Source of the DNA: a virus
Virus record (IMG/VR): IMGVR_UViG_3300009093_000034
Location: 30,632-94,631 of that record
Direction: 5' to 3' (one strand)
Length of the DNA: 64,000 nucleotides
Shown here: one piece after another, positions 46,575 to 56,257 of the stretch
Layout of the letters: each line of letters opens with the position of its first letter
How positions within the stretch are numbered: the stretch's first letter is position 1
Translations under genes and position numbers: made by a program
The notes under the pieces: generated by a model
Told to the model about the DNA's origin: nothing
The model's database searches: none
The model's input: the letters and a program-made list of their open reading frames with translations, nothing else

Positions 46575-47122
46575 TGCTACAGACCATTGAAGGAAACCTA
46601 ATCACTCTCGCCCTTGAAGGCAAGTTCGACATGATCGCTCATGGTTGTAACTGCTTCCATACCATGGGAGGAGGGATCGCCAAGTCTATTTCTGAGACTT
46701 TTCCTGAAGCTCTTCAAGCCGACAGGGTCTTTGGAGAAAGAGGAAACGTTTGGAAGCTTGGTCAGGCTTCCAAGGCTACGATCTTTCGTGGAGACACTCA
46801 GTTTGTTGTGGTGAACCTCTATACTCAGTTTGAGCCTGGAGCCAACTTTGAATACTTGGCCTTGATCAACTCTTTAGAGCATCTCAAGAAATACTTGGAT
46901 ATTCATCTCTACGATCGAGTGTCCGATAAACCTTACCGTCTTGGTTTTCCCAAGATCGGAGCTGGTATTGGTGGTGGAGATTGGGACCAGATCTACCAGA
47001 TCATTGACCAGTCTCTTGACGAGAAGTATCGTGAGGAACAGGGAGTCGAAATCACGGTTGTCGAGTTCATTCCTCCTAATCCTCTTCAGGAGATCGTTGT
47101 TCGTTCTCTTCAGAAGAAGTAA
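46571..47122 (+). CDS. macrodomain protein (Poa1-like ADP-ribose processing)
   Basis: MIAHGCNCFHTMGGGIAKSI matches the Poa1/macro signature iaHqcNc.g.MGaGIA. Confidence 0.6.
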   Translation: MMLQTIEGNLITLALEGKFDMIAHGCNCFHTMGGGIAKSISETFPEALQADRVFGERGNVWKLGQASKATIFRGDTQFVVVNLYTQFEPGANFEYLALINSLEHLKKYLDIHLYDRVSDKPYRLGFPKIGAGIGGGDWDQIYQIIDQSLDEKYREEQGVEITVVEFIPPNPLQEIVVRSLQKK

Positions 47123-47286
47123 GCCATGGAAACAATAGAAGAACAGATTGAAAATATGCTCATCATGGCCTCGGCTATGAGAGTTTCCAATCTTCCTATC
47201 TCAATCAAGATTGCAGCACTCGAAGTTGAAGTAGCCCTTAGAAAATTAGGGCTAGAGATTCTCAAAGCAAAGGTAGAAGAACCTGT

Positions 47287-47592
47287 ATGAAAAAGATCAT
47301 TACTCTTTTGATCCTCTTGGTAGGACTCACTCTCTCCGTTGGAGCTGAAAAGGCTGATATCAGTGGAACTGTGTCTAGACCTGGATATAGTTCTTACGAC
47401 TATCATCTAGATATTACTCAGGTTCCTCAGGCTCCTGCTGAGTACAAGCTCGTAGAAGCCAAGGATGCTGCTGAGCTCACTCATTTGATCACCGAGATGG
47501 TGAAGATCGGTTGGGTTCCTCTTGGTCAGGCGTTTATGAGCAACACTGGAAACCACTTTTACCAGACCATGGTGAAGTACGGAAGGTACTAA
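47287..47592 (+). CDS. secreted protein
   Basis: Signal peptide MKKIITLLILLVGLTLSVGA. Confidence 0.4.
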   Translation: MKKIITLLILLVGLTLSVGAEKADISGTVSRPGYSSYDYHLDITQVPQAPAEYKLVEAKDAAELTHLITEMVKIGWVPLGQAFMSNTGNHFYQTMVKYGRY

Positions 47593-47593
47593 C

Positions 47594-47887
47594 ATGCCCC
47601 CAGAATTCGATTCAATCAAAAGGTACTCCGAGATCGAAGATGGTATCGTAGATAGAATGGCCGTCTCAGCTTTTGGAGAAGCCACAACTCGAATGGAGAA
47701 AGATGGAGACGATGCCTCAGAGTGGCTCGCTCTTGATCTTTCAGATTCTCTACTCTATCTTCTCAAGTCTGACTCGATCCTCAAGAAACTTAAGAAGGCT
47801 CTCGGGACTCCTTTCAATGAAGAGCTTTATCTTGATCAGTTAGAAGCCATCAGAGACCAGGTGAGACAATTTTACGAGATCATGTAA
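47594..47887 (+). CDS. hypothetical acidic protein
   Basis: 97 aa. Confidence 0.4.
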   Translation: MPPEFDSIKRYSEIEDGIVDRMAVSAFGEATTRMEKDGDDASEWLALDLSDSLLYLLKSDSILKKLKKALGTPFNEELYLDQLEAIRDQVRQFYEIM

Positions 47888-48135
47888 TGTCCACCGAAAA
47901 AGAGTTCTCCGACATCATCAAGAAGACTCAAGAAGACGAAGCGACTTACCAATTTTTGAAGTCAAGAAATAAGGCTCAAAGGATCTACGTTTGGAACTGG
48001 ATCTATCGAGGTTTTTGTTTTCTTCCACTTCAAGCTGTTGCTCCTTTCATGTTTTGGTTTGTCTTTTTATCAAATCATGGAATGTTTCAAAACCCTGAAG
48101 ACATAAATTGGTTCGGGCCGTTCTCATGCTCTTGA
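47887..48135 (+). CDS. hypothetical protein
   Basis: 82 aa with a hydrophobic C-terminal half. Confidence 0.3.
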   Translation: MSTEKEFSDIIKKTQEDEATYQFLKSRNKAQRIYVWNWIYRGFCFLPLQAVAPFMFWFVFLSNHGMFQNPEDINWFGPFSCS

Positions 48136-48647
48136 TGTTAGGTGTTTTAGCTTTCTTTGTCGGATGGATGTGTATCGATGGCCTTCGTAAGATCATGATG
48201 GACTCTTTCTTGGAAAGATTCGATGACGTTGATGACGATGATGATGTCGAGGATGCAGATTTTGTTTGGCCAGACTATAAAGCTCCTGATAGAAAAGTTT
48301 CTTTCTTGGGAAAACAGTTCTCAGCTACAAATGCCATGCTTTGGTTGACAGCTAGACAAGAAAGAATTCCAGCTGAAAAACGTCAAAGACAGATTGAACG
48401 AGATGTCAAGAGAAACCAAAGAAATGCAGAGCTCATGCGAAAGCAGGAGTTGTTGAGTGCTAAACAAAAGGTCCGAAATGAAGAGAAAAGAATCTTCAAA
48501 ACCTCTAGAAAACGAAAAGCTGTTCTTGAGTGGATCAAAGAAGTCGGTGCTATCAACGATCCTGAGATCTACAAGAAAGTTATCAATGATCTAAAGATCG
48601 CTTTGAACGAAGGAAAAGAAAATGTGGGTCAAACAAGTCAGTCCTGA
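48108..48647 (+). CDS. membrane-anchored basic protein
   Basis: N-terminal TM followed by a Lys/Arg/Glu-rich segment. Confidence 0.4.
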   Translation: MVRAVLMLLMLGVLAFFVGWMCIDGLRKIMMDSFLERFDDVDDDDDVEDADFVWPDYKAPDRKVSFLGKQFSATNAMLWLTARQERIPAEKRQRQIERDVKRNQRNAELMRKQELLSAKQKVRNEEKRIFKTSRKRKAVLEWIKEVGAINDPEIYKKVINDLKIALNEGKENVGQTSQS

Positions 48648-48834
48648 TCCGAAACTAGTGTTGTATCACGGAATCTGTGATTACTGCGGTGATCCTAACG
48701 CTCAGGTCTATCGAGCACATGTTTCTGCTGGAGGGCCTTTAAGGTACGACTCATCTAACCACGATGATATCAAAAGATGCCTTCATTATCTCAAGAAAAG
48801 AGTAGAGTCTTTAGAGAAAAATCAAAAAGACTAA
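48622..48834 (+). CDS. hypothetical Cys-containing protein
   Basis: 70 aa with CDYCGD. Confidence 0.35.
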   Translation: MWVKQVSPDPKLVLYHGICDYCGDPNAQVYRAHVSAGGPLRYDSSNHDDIKRCLHYLKKRVESLEKNQKD

Positions 48835-48840
48835 TTCCTT

Positions 48841-49536
48841 ATGCACCAAAATCTTAGCTATCTCAAATGGTGGTTCAAGTACCGTCCGAGCGTCTTCTGG
48901 TTTAGCATCAGGGACGCTTTCAAGTATCCAAAACATACCATAAGAAATCTTATCACCTTCTTCTCAAACGATGGAGTCCGTCACTCAGATTCTTGGAGTC
49001 CATACTCTGCTCTGTCTGAGAAATTCTTGAGGATGACCAAGACTTTTAGACAAAAAGTTCATGGGTACCCTGGAATCGAAGGTGACTCAAACTGTGATAC
49101 TTACGAGCACTGGCAAGACACCATCAAGAAGATCAGACTTGCACACTTTTGGATTTGGTGGCAGGACAACGATCCATCTTGGATGATCGAGTCTTCTGAA
49201 GATCGTAAGAATGTCTATCTCTGGTTAAAGAAAAAGTACCCTTTTGCTGCAGAGTTCATAACTCCAAGGTTCTTGAAAAGATGGCACACCGATGTGCATC
49301 TTGAGTGGAACTTGGAGATCGATTGGAACGAGATAGAAGATCACACGGTTGAAGGCACTTATTATCACTCTGATTTTAAGTTTATCAACAAGAAAACTGG
49401 TGAGATCTTTCCTTGCGTCAATGCTCTAGATGAACCTGATGGTTGGGGAAACAACGAACTTCGTCAAGAGATGGAGAAAAAGTACTTAGAAGGGAGTGAT
49501 CTCTTTCATAAGTACTACAGGAACCTTTGGGACTAA
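48841..49536 (+). CDS. hypothetical Trp-rich protein
   Basis: 231 aa. Confidence 0.45.
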   Translation: MHQNLSYLKWWFKYRPSVFWFSIRDAFKYPKHTIRNLITFFSNDGVRHSDSWSPYSALSEKFLRMTKTFRQKVHGYPGIEGDSNCDTYEHWQDTIKKIRLAHFWIWWQDNDPSWMIESSEDRKNVYLWLKKKYPFAAEFITPRFLKRWHTDVHLEWNLEIDWNEIEDHTVEGTYYHSDFKFINKKTGEIFPCVNALDEPDGWGNNELRQEMEKKYLEGSDLFHKYYRNLWD

Positions 49537-49542
49537 CTTTCA

Positions 49543-50130
49543 ATGGGAAAGACTGCAGTTTTTACATTTGCAAGAATGAATCCTCCAACTTTAGGTCATG
49601 AACTATTGCTCTCAGAACTTGTCATTCAAGCCTTAGAAAAGAAAGCTGATCCATTTCTTTTCCTTTCCCACACAGAAGACTCTAAGAAAAACCCTATTCC
49701 TTACGGGAACAAAGTTAAATTTGTCAAAGAACTTTTCAAAGATAAGTTCCCTGAACTCCATATCTACTCAGGAGAGAGCTGCAAGAACCCTAGAGAAGCT
49801 CTCTCTTTCCTTTACAATCTTGACGATTACTCTGAGGTGATTGGAGTCTTTGGTAGTGATCGAGTGGATGACATGTACGATCTTATGACCAGAGGAAACG
49901 GAAAAGAAGGTCTTTCATCTGGTTTCTATCTCTTCAACAAACTCTCTGTCACATCAGCCGGAGAACGAGACCCAGAACAAGATGGAGTTGAAGGTGTTTC
50001 TGCCACTAAACTCCGTGAGTACGCTCTAGAAAATGACTTTGAGTCCTTCAAAAAAGGTCTTCCAGAGGCTGACGAAACACTAATTAATAACATCTTTCTA
50101 ACGACCCAACGAGGACTTGAACGTGCCTGA
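49543..50130 (+). CDS. nicotinamide/nicotinate mononucleotide adenylyltransferase-like (HxGH nucleotidyltransferase)
   Basis: FARMNPPTLGHELL is the (T/H)xGH motif. VSATKLRE is the ISSTxIR motif of the NadD/NadM family. Confidence 0.6.
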   Translation: MGKTAVFTFARMNPPTLGHELLLSELVIQALEKKADPFLFLSHTEDSKKNPIPYGNKVKFVKELFKDKFPELHIYSGESCKNPREALSFLYNLDDYSEVIGVFGSDRVDDMYDLMTRGNGKEGLSSGFYLFNKLSVTSAGERDPEQDGVEGVSATKLREYALENDFESFKKGLPEADETLINNIFLTTQRGLERA

Positions 50131-52261
50131 AAAAACTATCCCTAACTCTGGAGCGGTCTCTTCTGATCGAATCCTTCAAAAGAACGTTTTTCCAACCATT
50201 GAGGTCTTTGTTGATAAGATCTTGAACTTGGTTCCTCACCAGAAGTATGGCGTGATCGGATCTACTGGAAAGAAACAAGACAACGGAGATATCGACCTAG
50301 GCCTTGAAACCTCTTTGACCTTAGATCAAGTGAGTGCTGTCCTAAACGACCTTGACGTTGATCATGTGGTTCAAAAAGGACTTAATGAGATCAATTGTCG
50401 ATTTCCTCAGTATGAGAACGGAGCTCACAAGTTAGATCTTTGGGTTCAGGTTGACTTGATGTTAGGAAATTTGGATTGGTTGGAGTTCGTGTTCTACGTG
50501 GACAAGGACACCAAGTACAAGCCGATGGCTAGAACTGGTCTTCTCTTCGGTCTACTCAAAGTAGCTGCTATGCCTATCGCTGGCCAAAACACACCTCAAG
50601 GTCCATCTAATGAAGTTTGGTCTTTTGCTCCTACTCGTGGTATGTTCACCAAGGTTGGAACCAAAAGAACTAACAGAAAAGGTGAAGAAGTCATCGATTG
50701 GACCAACTCGTCTTCTTATACCCCTGACCCAAACAAGTTTTGTGAGATCGCCTTTGAACAAGCTAGGCGCGCTGTAAAACCCTCTGAACTAGAAACTTCC
50801 TTTGAAGGTTGTTGGAAGGTTATGACAGACGTTTTCTCTAACAACCCTACTCTCTTAGGTCAACTCGCAGAGTATGTCATGAACTTCTGTAAGGACAAGG
50901 GAGTCTCACCGGTTCCTGAGCTTGAACAATGGACCAAAGCCTTGAAGGTTCAAGAGTCTATTGAACAACTTCTTGAATACGTTGAGTACATCAAGGGTCA
51001 CAAAAACTCCTCTGGAGAATCTGCTCCTTGGGTCATCAAACAACATAACACTGGAAAGATCCTCTCAAGCCACTCCTCTGAGGCCAAGGCTAAGGCTCAC
51101 CTCGGTCAGATGGAGATGCACAAACATCTGGAAGAAAAGTATGACACTAGGGATGACGGAAGTGAGCTCGCTAGTTTCCTTCTTGATCCTCGTGTCATCC
51201 AAGAACTTCGTAGATCATCAGAGCCTTTGAGAACTTTGGTGGTCGACGGACTCAGACAATTTGGTATCTCTGTCAAAGACTCTACTAAGAGTGAAGACTC
51301 CGACTTTATCTACCCAGACGTAGGTATTGAAGGCGGAGTGATGTATCCTAATGGAAAACTTCAGATCATCATTGACGTTGATCAAGTTGAGGAAATTCTT
51401 GCTGGTCTTAGGTTTGATGGTCTAGATCAATACAAGAAGTTCATTAGGTATCTAGCAGCTGTCTACGCTCATGAAAAGATTCATGATGCCCAGTACAAAG
51501 CATCAGGTGAAGAATATACTTTGAGAAAAAAAGATCTCTTATCTCTCACAGGAGACGACAGAGATTATCTCTCGAACGAAAGAGAGATTCATGCTCAGGC
51601 TTCCAGTGCAGTAGATGAATGGATAGCCGAAGGTTATGCTCCAGAACAAATTAGAAAATGGTTAACTAACACAGTTGAGTTGATCCGTCATGCTAAAGAT
51701 GCTCCTGCTATTATGGACTATTGGAAAGGTTTTGGCATCTACAAGAGTGAAGAAAGTCAAAAGGTCTGGCGACAGTTCTTGAAGCAGGTTTATGACTTTA
51801 CTCAACAAAAGATGATCAAAGAATCCACAGATAGTGACAAGATCGCAATGTTCATCAACAGGCCTTCTGAAGCCATCAAAGAAGGAAAGTTCTATTGGCA
51901 AGATCCTACCAACGATGAGATCCACGGTGGAAAGATCATTAGTGTTGATGCTCCTGACTTCATCGTTGAGGTCGAGTGTGAACTCTGTGGAAAGACTTGT
52001 TACACAGACAACTTCAGAGACTCACAAGATAAAGAATGGTGGATCAAAGCTCAAAAGCTCTTAGAAGGTGTTTCTCAAAGTGCTATTCAAGCTTATCAAC
52101 AGCAAAAGAACTCCCCTGAGAAACATAAGGTAGATATTGTCTCAACTGAGATGGCAGCTCCAGAGAACGGGGTGAACTTCTTGGCTGGAGGTGGAAGACC
52201 TCAAGATCTTCAACCTGCCACGGTTAGGTATGACTCAAATGGAAAACTCAGAAACGAATGA
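50117..52261 (+). CDS. Pol-beta-superfamily nucleotidyltransferase domain protein with C-terminal HExxH region (714 aa)
   Basis: YGVIGSTGKKQDNGDIDLGLE is the hG[GS]...D.D NTase signature. YAHEKIHDAQ is an HExxH motif. The start is non-ATG (TTG at 50117 or GTG at 50123). Confidence 0.5.
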   Translation: MNVPEKTIPNSGAVSSDRILQKNVFPTIEVFVDKILNLVPHQKYGVIGSTGKKQDNGDIDLGLETSLTLDQVSAVLNDLDVDHVVQKGLNEINCRFPQYENGAHKLDLWVQVDLMLGNLDWLEFVFYVDKDTKYKPMARTGLLFGLLKVAAMPIAGQNTPQGPSNEVWSFAPTRGMFTKVGTKRTNRKGEEVIDWTNSSSYTPDPNKFCEIAFEQARRAVKPSELETSFEGCWKVMTDVFSNNPTLLGQLAEYVMNFCKDKGVSPVPELEQWTKALKVQESIEQLLEYVEYIKGHKNSSGESAPWVIKQHNTGKILSSHSSEAKAKAHLGQMEMHKHLEEKYDTRDDGSELASFLLDPRVIQELRRSSEPLRTLVVDGLRQFGISVKDSTKSEDSDFIYPDVGIEGGVMYPNGKLQIIIDVDQVEEILAGLRFDGLDQYKKFIRYLAAVYAHEKIHDAQYKASGEEYTLRKKDLLSLTGDDRDYLSNEREIHAQASSAVDEWIAEGYAPEQIRKWLTNTVELIRHAKDAPAIMDYWKGFGIYKSEESQKVWRQFLKQVYDFTQQKMIKESTDSDKIAMFINRPSEAIKEGKFYWQDPTNDEIHGGKIISVDAPDFIVEVECELCGKTCYTDNFRDSQDKEWWIKAQKLLEGVSQSAIQAYQQQKNSPEKHKVDIVSTEMAAPENGVNFLAGGGRPQDLQPATVRYDSNGKLRNE

Positions 52262-52800
52262 GCATGTCCAACTGGTTAAGAGGAAATGCTTTTCAAGAGA
52301 AAGACGAATACTATACGCCTAAAATTTTAGTAGATATAATTGTTCCTTATGTGCCTGCTGGATCAACAGTATGGCTCCCATTTGATACTGAAGACTCCGA
52401 GTTTGTTCATGCGTTTAAGCACACACATGAGGTAGTCTTCTCTCACATCTGGGAAGGAAAAGACTTCTTTGATTTCATTCCAGACAAAGTTGACTACGTC
52501 ATCAGTAATCCTCCCTATTCTAGAAAGATGGATGTTTTGAAGAGACTCTATGACTTAGATTTTCCTTTCGCTATGGTTCTCCCTCTTCCTTGTTTAAACT
52601 ATCAAGAGGTTGGAAAGTTCTTTTTAGATCGAGAACTTCAGCTCTTGATCCCAGACAAGAAAGTCTCTTTTAATGGAAACACAGCGTCTTTCAACAGTAC
52701 CTTCTTTTGTCACAAACTTCTACCTTCCAACTTGATGTTTGCTCACTTAGAACACAACAATACTGGGAAGAACTTTGTTGGAAGTAGAATGATCTCTTAA
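52258..52800 (+). CDS. putative DNA N6-adenine methyltransferase (small phage Dam-like)
   Basis: YYTP and VISNPPYS are (D/N)PPY catalytic motifs. Confidence 0.5.
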   Translation: MSMSNWLRGNAFQEKDEYYTPKILVDIIVPYVPAGSTVWLPFDTEDSEFVHAFKHTHEVVFSHIWEGKDFFDFIPDKVDYVISNPPYSRKMDVLKRLYDLDFPFAMVLPLPCLNYQEVGKFFLDRELQLLIPDKKVSFNGNTASFNSTFFCHKLLPSNLMFAHLEHNNTGKNFVGSRMIS

Positions 52801-52831
52801 ATTTCTAAGATATATTATCAGTAGGTTCAAT

Positions 52832-54043
52832 ATGCCAAACACAGACAAAAATCACTCCACTCACATTGAAGACTCTGTCCTACAAGGTCCGAAGAAGATC
52901 CAAATGGCGATCCTCTTCTTTGAAGGTCTTCTCAACAACTCGTCTAGTCTAACCAAGAGTCTCAAGATCGACGGAGCTCCCGTTGTCTTGGCAGGTTCCA
53001 ACGCTGTTGGGATCACCAGGCCTTTTGTTGCAGCCAAGTCCTTCTTGAACAACGGTAAGGTCGCGACCAACGAGGATGAGATCCAAGAGCTCTTTGGAGA
53101 TCGTCCTGGTCTTGCTTCCAAGATGAAGAAGCTTCTTGAGCTCCTTCCAGAACTTCAGATCCCTGAAGGAGAGATTTGGAGAGGAGACTTGCTCTTCTCT
53201 AAAGACACTCTTCAAAACGAAGGTGGAAACAACTACTTCCACCCTAACACTCTTGTTTATGCTCCAAACTCCCAATCTGAGATTGATGCTGTCAATCAAG
53301 CAGACATCGGAATCATCTGGCACACCTACTACACAGGGGAGACACTTACGTCTCTCACAGCTCATGCCGATCTCGATGTCTACCGATTGAAACCTTCTAC
53401 ATCTGTTTTTACTCTGAGTCCTCTCTTCAAACAAGAAGAGCTCTCCATTGAGGAAACCTTCTTGATCAAGAGTACATTGGCAACAGTCAAGGAAAGATTC
53501 AGAGGTCTGATGGCTGGTTCTGTTGGAGCTACGTACGCCGAAGTTCTTAAGAACAAGGTGTTTCTTGAACACCTCACAACCTACCTCAATCACTTGATCA
53601 GACAAGGAAAAGGAATCTACCAGTTCTCTCCTACGGATCTTGCTTACAGCTGGATCCCTCAACGATATGAGCAAAAGATCGAAGGTCTTAAGACTGAGAA
53701 GTTCAAGACCAAGTGGAAGAACGAACGAGACTCCTACATCGATGCTGCTAGGTTCATTGAACCTGTCCTTGGTCAGATGATCTCCTTGATGAAAGCCCTT
53801 GTTCACGTCAAGGCTTTGTTCATCCAAAACTTCAACTCTTTGAAAGATCTTCCTTTCATGACCTTCTACAAAAAGAAGATCGATGATCGGGCTGTGTTGG
53901 TCAAGACTGCTCATGAAGGCTTTGTCATCACGGACAAGAAAGGAAACTCTTTTAAGCTTGTTGACCGAGAAGAGTTCACGAAGATCAACTTTGGAGTTGA
54001 TACTGTTCGCGGATGGAAGGAAGAGTCGAAACAAGTCCAATGA
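52832..54043 (+). CDS. putative nucleotidyltransferase/ligase-like protein
   Basis: LKIDGAPV is a KxDG motif-I-like block. The C-terminal HEGFVITDKKGNSFKLVD resembles ligase motifs IV/V. The assignment is tentative because the motif spacing is unusually long. Confidence 0.4.
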   Translation: MPNTDKNHSTHIEDSVLQGPKKIQMAILFFEGLLNNSSSLTKSLKIDGAPVVLAGSNAVGITRPFVAAKSFLNNGKVATNEDEIQELFGDRPGLASKMKKLLELLPELQIPEGEIWRGDLLFSKDTLQNEGGNNYFHPNTLVYAPNSQSEIDAVNQADIGIIWHTYYTGETLTSLTAHADLDVYRLKPSTSVFTLSPLFKQEELSIEETFLIKSTLATVKERFRGLMAGSVGATYAEVLKNKVFLEHLTTYLNHLIRQGKGIYQFSPTDLAYSWIPQRYEQKIEGLKTEKFKTKWKNERDSYIDAARFIEPVLGQMISLMKALVHVKALFIQNFNSLKDLPFMTFYKKKIDDRAVLVKTAHEGFVITDKKGNSFKLVDREEFTKINFGVDTVRGWKEESKQVQ

Positions 54044-54053
54044 CTAATTGGGC

Positions 54054-56240
54054 ATGAGCACTAACAGCCTCCAGTTCTTAGGACCATGGGATCCCACCTC
54101 TGGTGCCTTTCCAATCATTCCCAGCAACGCAACGAGTGCTTACTACTTCGTTGACCATGCTGGTACTTTTAACTCTTTCAACTTTGAAGTAGGAGATTGG
54201 CTTCTCTTCATAGAAGATTCTGTTGGAAACGGAACGTGGTACCAAACAACTGGTGGTGTCATCCAGATCGCTCTAAGTCATAGCGATTTCCATGGACACT
54301 CTTACACTCACGGACCTGTTGATCCTGTAGGCCAAACCATAGGCGGAGTTGTTCTTCCTAACCTACAAGTTGAGATCAAGCAAGCTCTTGGAACCTTGTT
54401 CCAAAATCCTTCTGGAAACCCAGTTGTTTTCACGTATGATCCTGTAGCTAACACAGTTGTTGCTACGGTCAAACACGATGACACTCTAGATATAACAAAT
54501 GCAGGACAACTTAGAGTTGTTTCTTCTGGCGGTTCTTCTCAACCTAGTGAGATCACACCTGACGACATCGTTGGTTTTGATGCAGCTGTCATTGCTGCTG
54601 TCGGTGCCAACCAATTTGCTTCTCCCTCCTCTAAAGCAGTTCAGTTCGCTTTTGACCCAAATACTAGTTCGGTCTCTGCTGATGTCAAGATCGACGGCAG
54701 CTCAATCACCAAGAACAATCTTGGACAACTCCAGTCTAATCCTGTAGGAGCTCAACTTGCTGCTCCTCAACAGATCATAGGCCTTCCAACCTCTGGAAAT
54801 TATGACGATGGAGCCGAGAACTTGGCTAACATGAAGATCGTCGATGCTGTTGCTACATTGAACAGATTGATCAAAGTCATGGAAGCTGCACTAGATGTTG
54901 CTGAAGCTGCTCCTTCTTTGAACCTTGGGGACTACACCTTAACCTTTGCAGGAACCACAGTTACCGCTAAAGCAGTTTCTGATGGAACTGACATTCAAGT
55001 TTACACGATAGCTCCTACTGTTCCTCAAGTTGGTCCATTCAAGAGAGTCAATGGAAACCTCAATGTTTTCTTAGACAGTACTCTTGTAGGAACTCTTGTT
55101 ATTGACACAGCTGACTTAACCGGTCAAGTCAATGGGGACTTGACCGTTGTCCATGACACTGACCTTTACGAAGACATTCCTTTCTTCTTCGGAAGATACA
55201 AGGTCTTGGATGCTTTGGTCACCATCCTAGATTCCTTAACTGAAGGGACTCACGAGATCATCCTTCAGAGTACCGGAGATAACCAGTCTGTTTCGAACGT
55301 CTTCAATTTTGCTGATACAAACGTTACAGGTTCCATTGATGAAGAGAGTTCAACTATCATCACCTTCGGTGCTGGTGAACATCTCTCCGGAGTTCCAGTT
55401 CTTTCTACTCCAAACGTTTTGGTCGGGCCTCTTTTCGTAGATAACGTAGCTAAGCAGTTCTATCAAGGAACAGACATTGTTGAGCTGGCAAGCCCATCAC
55501 TTCACTTTGACGTAGCTACTCCTACTTCTGAACCTACAGAGGATAACTTCACCGTTCTTGAGACCAACTCTTTGAGTGGAACTCTTCCTGGTTCCTTCTT
55601 CAGTTCTGTCTCTTTGGACTTCACGATCTTTACAATAGGACACAAGAATGTAGGAACTCAGAATGTCACCATTCCTAAGAGATGGGACGCTTCTATTGTT
55701 CTTGAAACTTCAGGAAATCCAATAGCAAGAATTGATTCAGGAAGCGGAGATTTTGATTTCACTGGTTCAGACTATGATTCTACAGTAAGTCTTGTGGACA
55801 ACACAGAACTTCAGATTGAGAACAGAAAGATCAAGTTCCCTACTCAAGACTATACCACTTTGAGTGGACCAGATTACTCTGGTATCGTCCAAGGTTCTGC
55901 TTTTAGATATTGTACCTTGGTAGAAACTTCAGGGGTCACTAGTGCTACAGGTTTTGACTTGGATCTCAGAGGACTCACCACCATCAATGGATCTAATCCT
56001 CTCAAGGTTCTCATCAAGGTTGGTTCCAACCCAGTTGTAGATGCTACACTTCCGTACAACTCAGGAAACACTTGGCAAGATGGAGTTCCTGGTTGGGACC
56101 AAACTGCCACAGGACTTCCTGCTAATGTTAGAAGAATCACCTTCGGTTCTCACACCTTGACCGGTCCTCTTTACATCAAGGTCGCATACAAGGGAGCAGA
56201 TTACGAGTTAACTGTTCCTACTTCTTGGATCTTTATCTAA
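54054..56240 (+). CDS. structural protein, fibre/baseplate-like
   Basis: 729 aa from the ATG at 54054; the tracked TTG at 54048 would add 2 aa. It is Thr/Ser/Gly/Val-rich and beta-rich, with no enzymatic motifs. Confidence 0.5.
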   Translation: MSTNSLQFLGPWDPTSGAFPIIPSNATSAYYFVDHAGTFNSFNFEVGDWLLFIEDSVGNGTWYQTTGGVIQIALSHSDFHGHSYTHGPVDPVGQTIGGVVLPNLQVEIKQALGTLFQNPSGNPVVFTYDPVANTVVATVKHDDTLDITNAGQLRVVSSGGSSQPSEITPDDIVGFDAAVIAAVGANQFASPSSKAVQFAFDPNTSSVSADVKIDGSSITKNNLGQLQSNPVGAQLAAPQQIIGLPTSGNYDDGAENLANMKIVDAVATLNRLIKVMEAALDVAEAAPSLNLGDYTLTFAGTTVTAKAVSDGTDIQVYTIAPTVPQVGPFKRVNGNLNVFLDSTLVGTLVIDTADLTGQVNGDLTVVHDTDLYEDIPFFFGRYKVLDALVTILDSLTEGTHEIILQSTGDNQSVSNVFNFADTNVTGSIDEESSTIITFGAGEHLSGVPVLSTPNVLVGPLFVDNVAKQFYQGTDIVELASPSLHFDVATPTSEPTEDNFTVLETNSLSGTLPGSFFSSVSLDFTIFTIGHKNVGTQNVTIPKRWDASIVLETSGNPIARIDSGSGDFDFTGSDYDSTVSLVDNTELQIENRKIKFPTQDYTTLSGPDYSGIVQGSAFRYCTLVETSGVTSATGFDLDLRGLTTINGSNPLKVLIKVGSNPVVDATLPYNSGNTWQDGVPGWDQTATGLPANVRRITFGSHTLTGPLYIKVAYKGADYELTVPTSWIFI

Positions 56241-56257
56241 CAATTGTAAAATCTTTT

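Noticed and set aside
52949-54040. 363-aa minus-strand ORF antisense to the ligase-like gene
   Set aside because: It lies within a uniformly plus-strand block. The plus frame has the KxDG and EGFVI motifs and a proper RBS. The antisense frame is low complexity.
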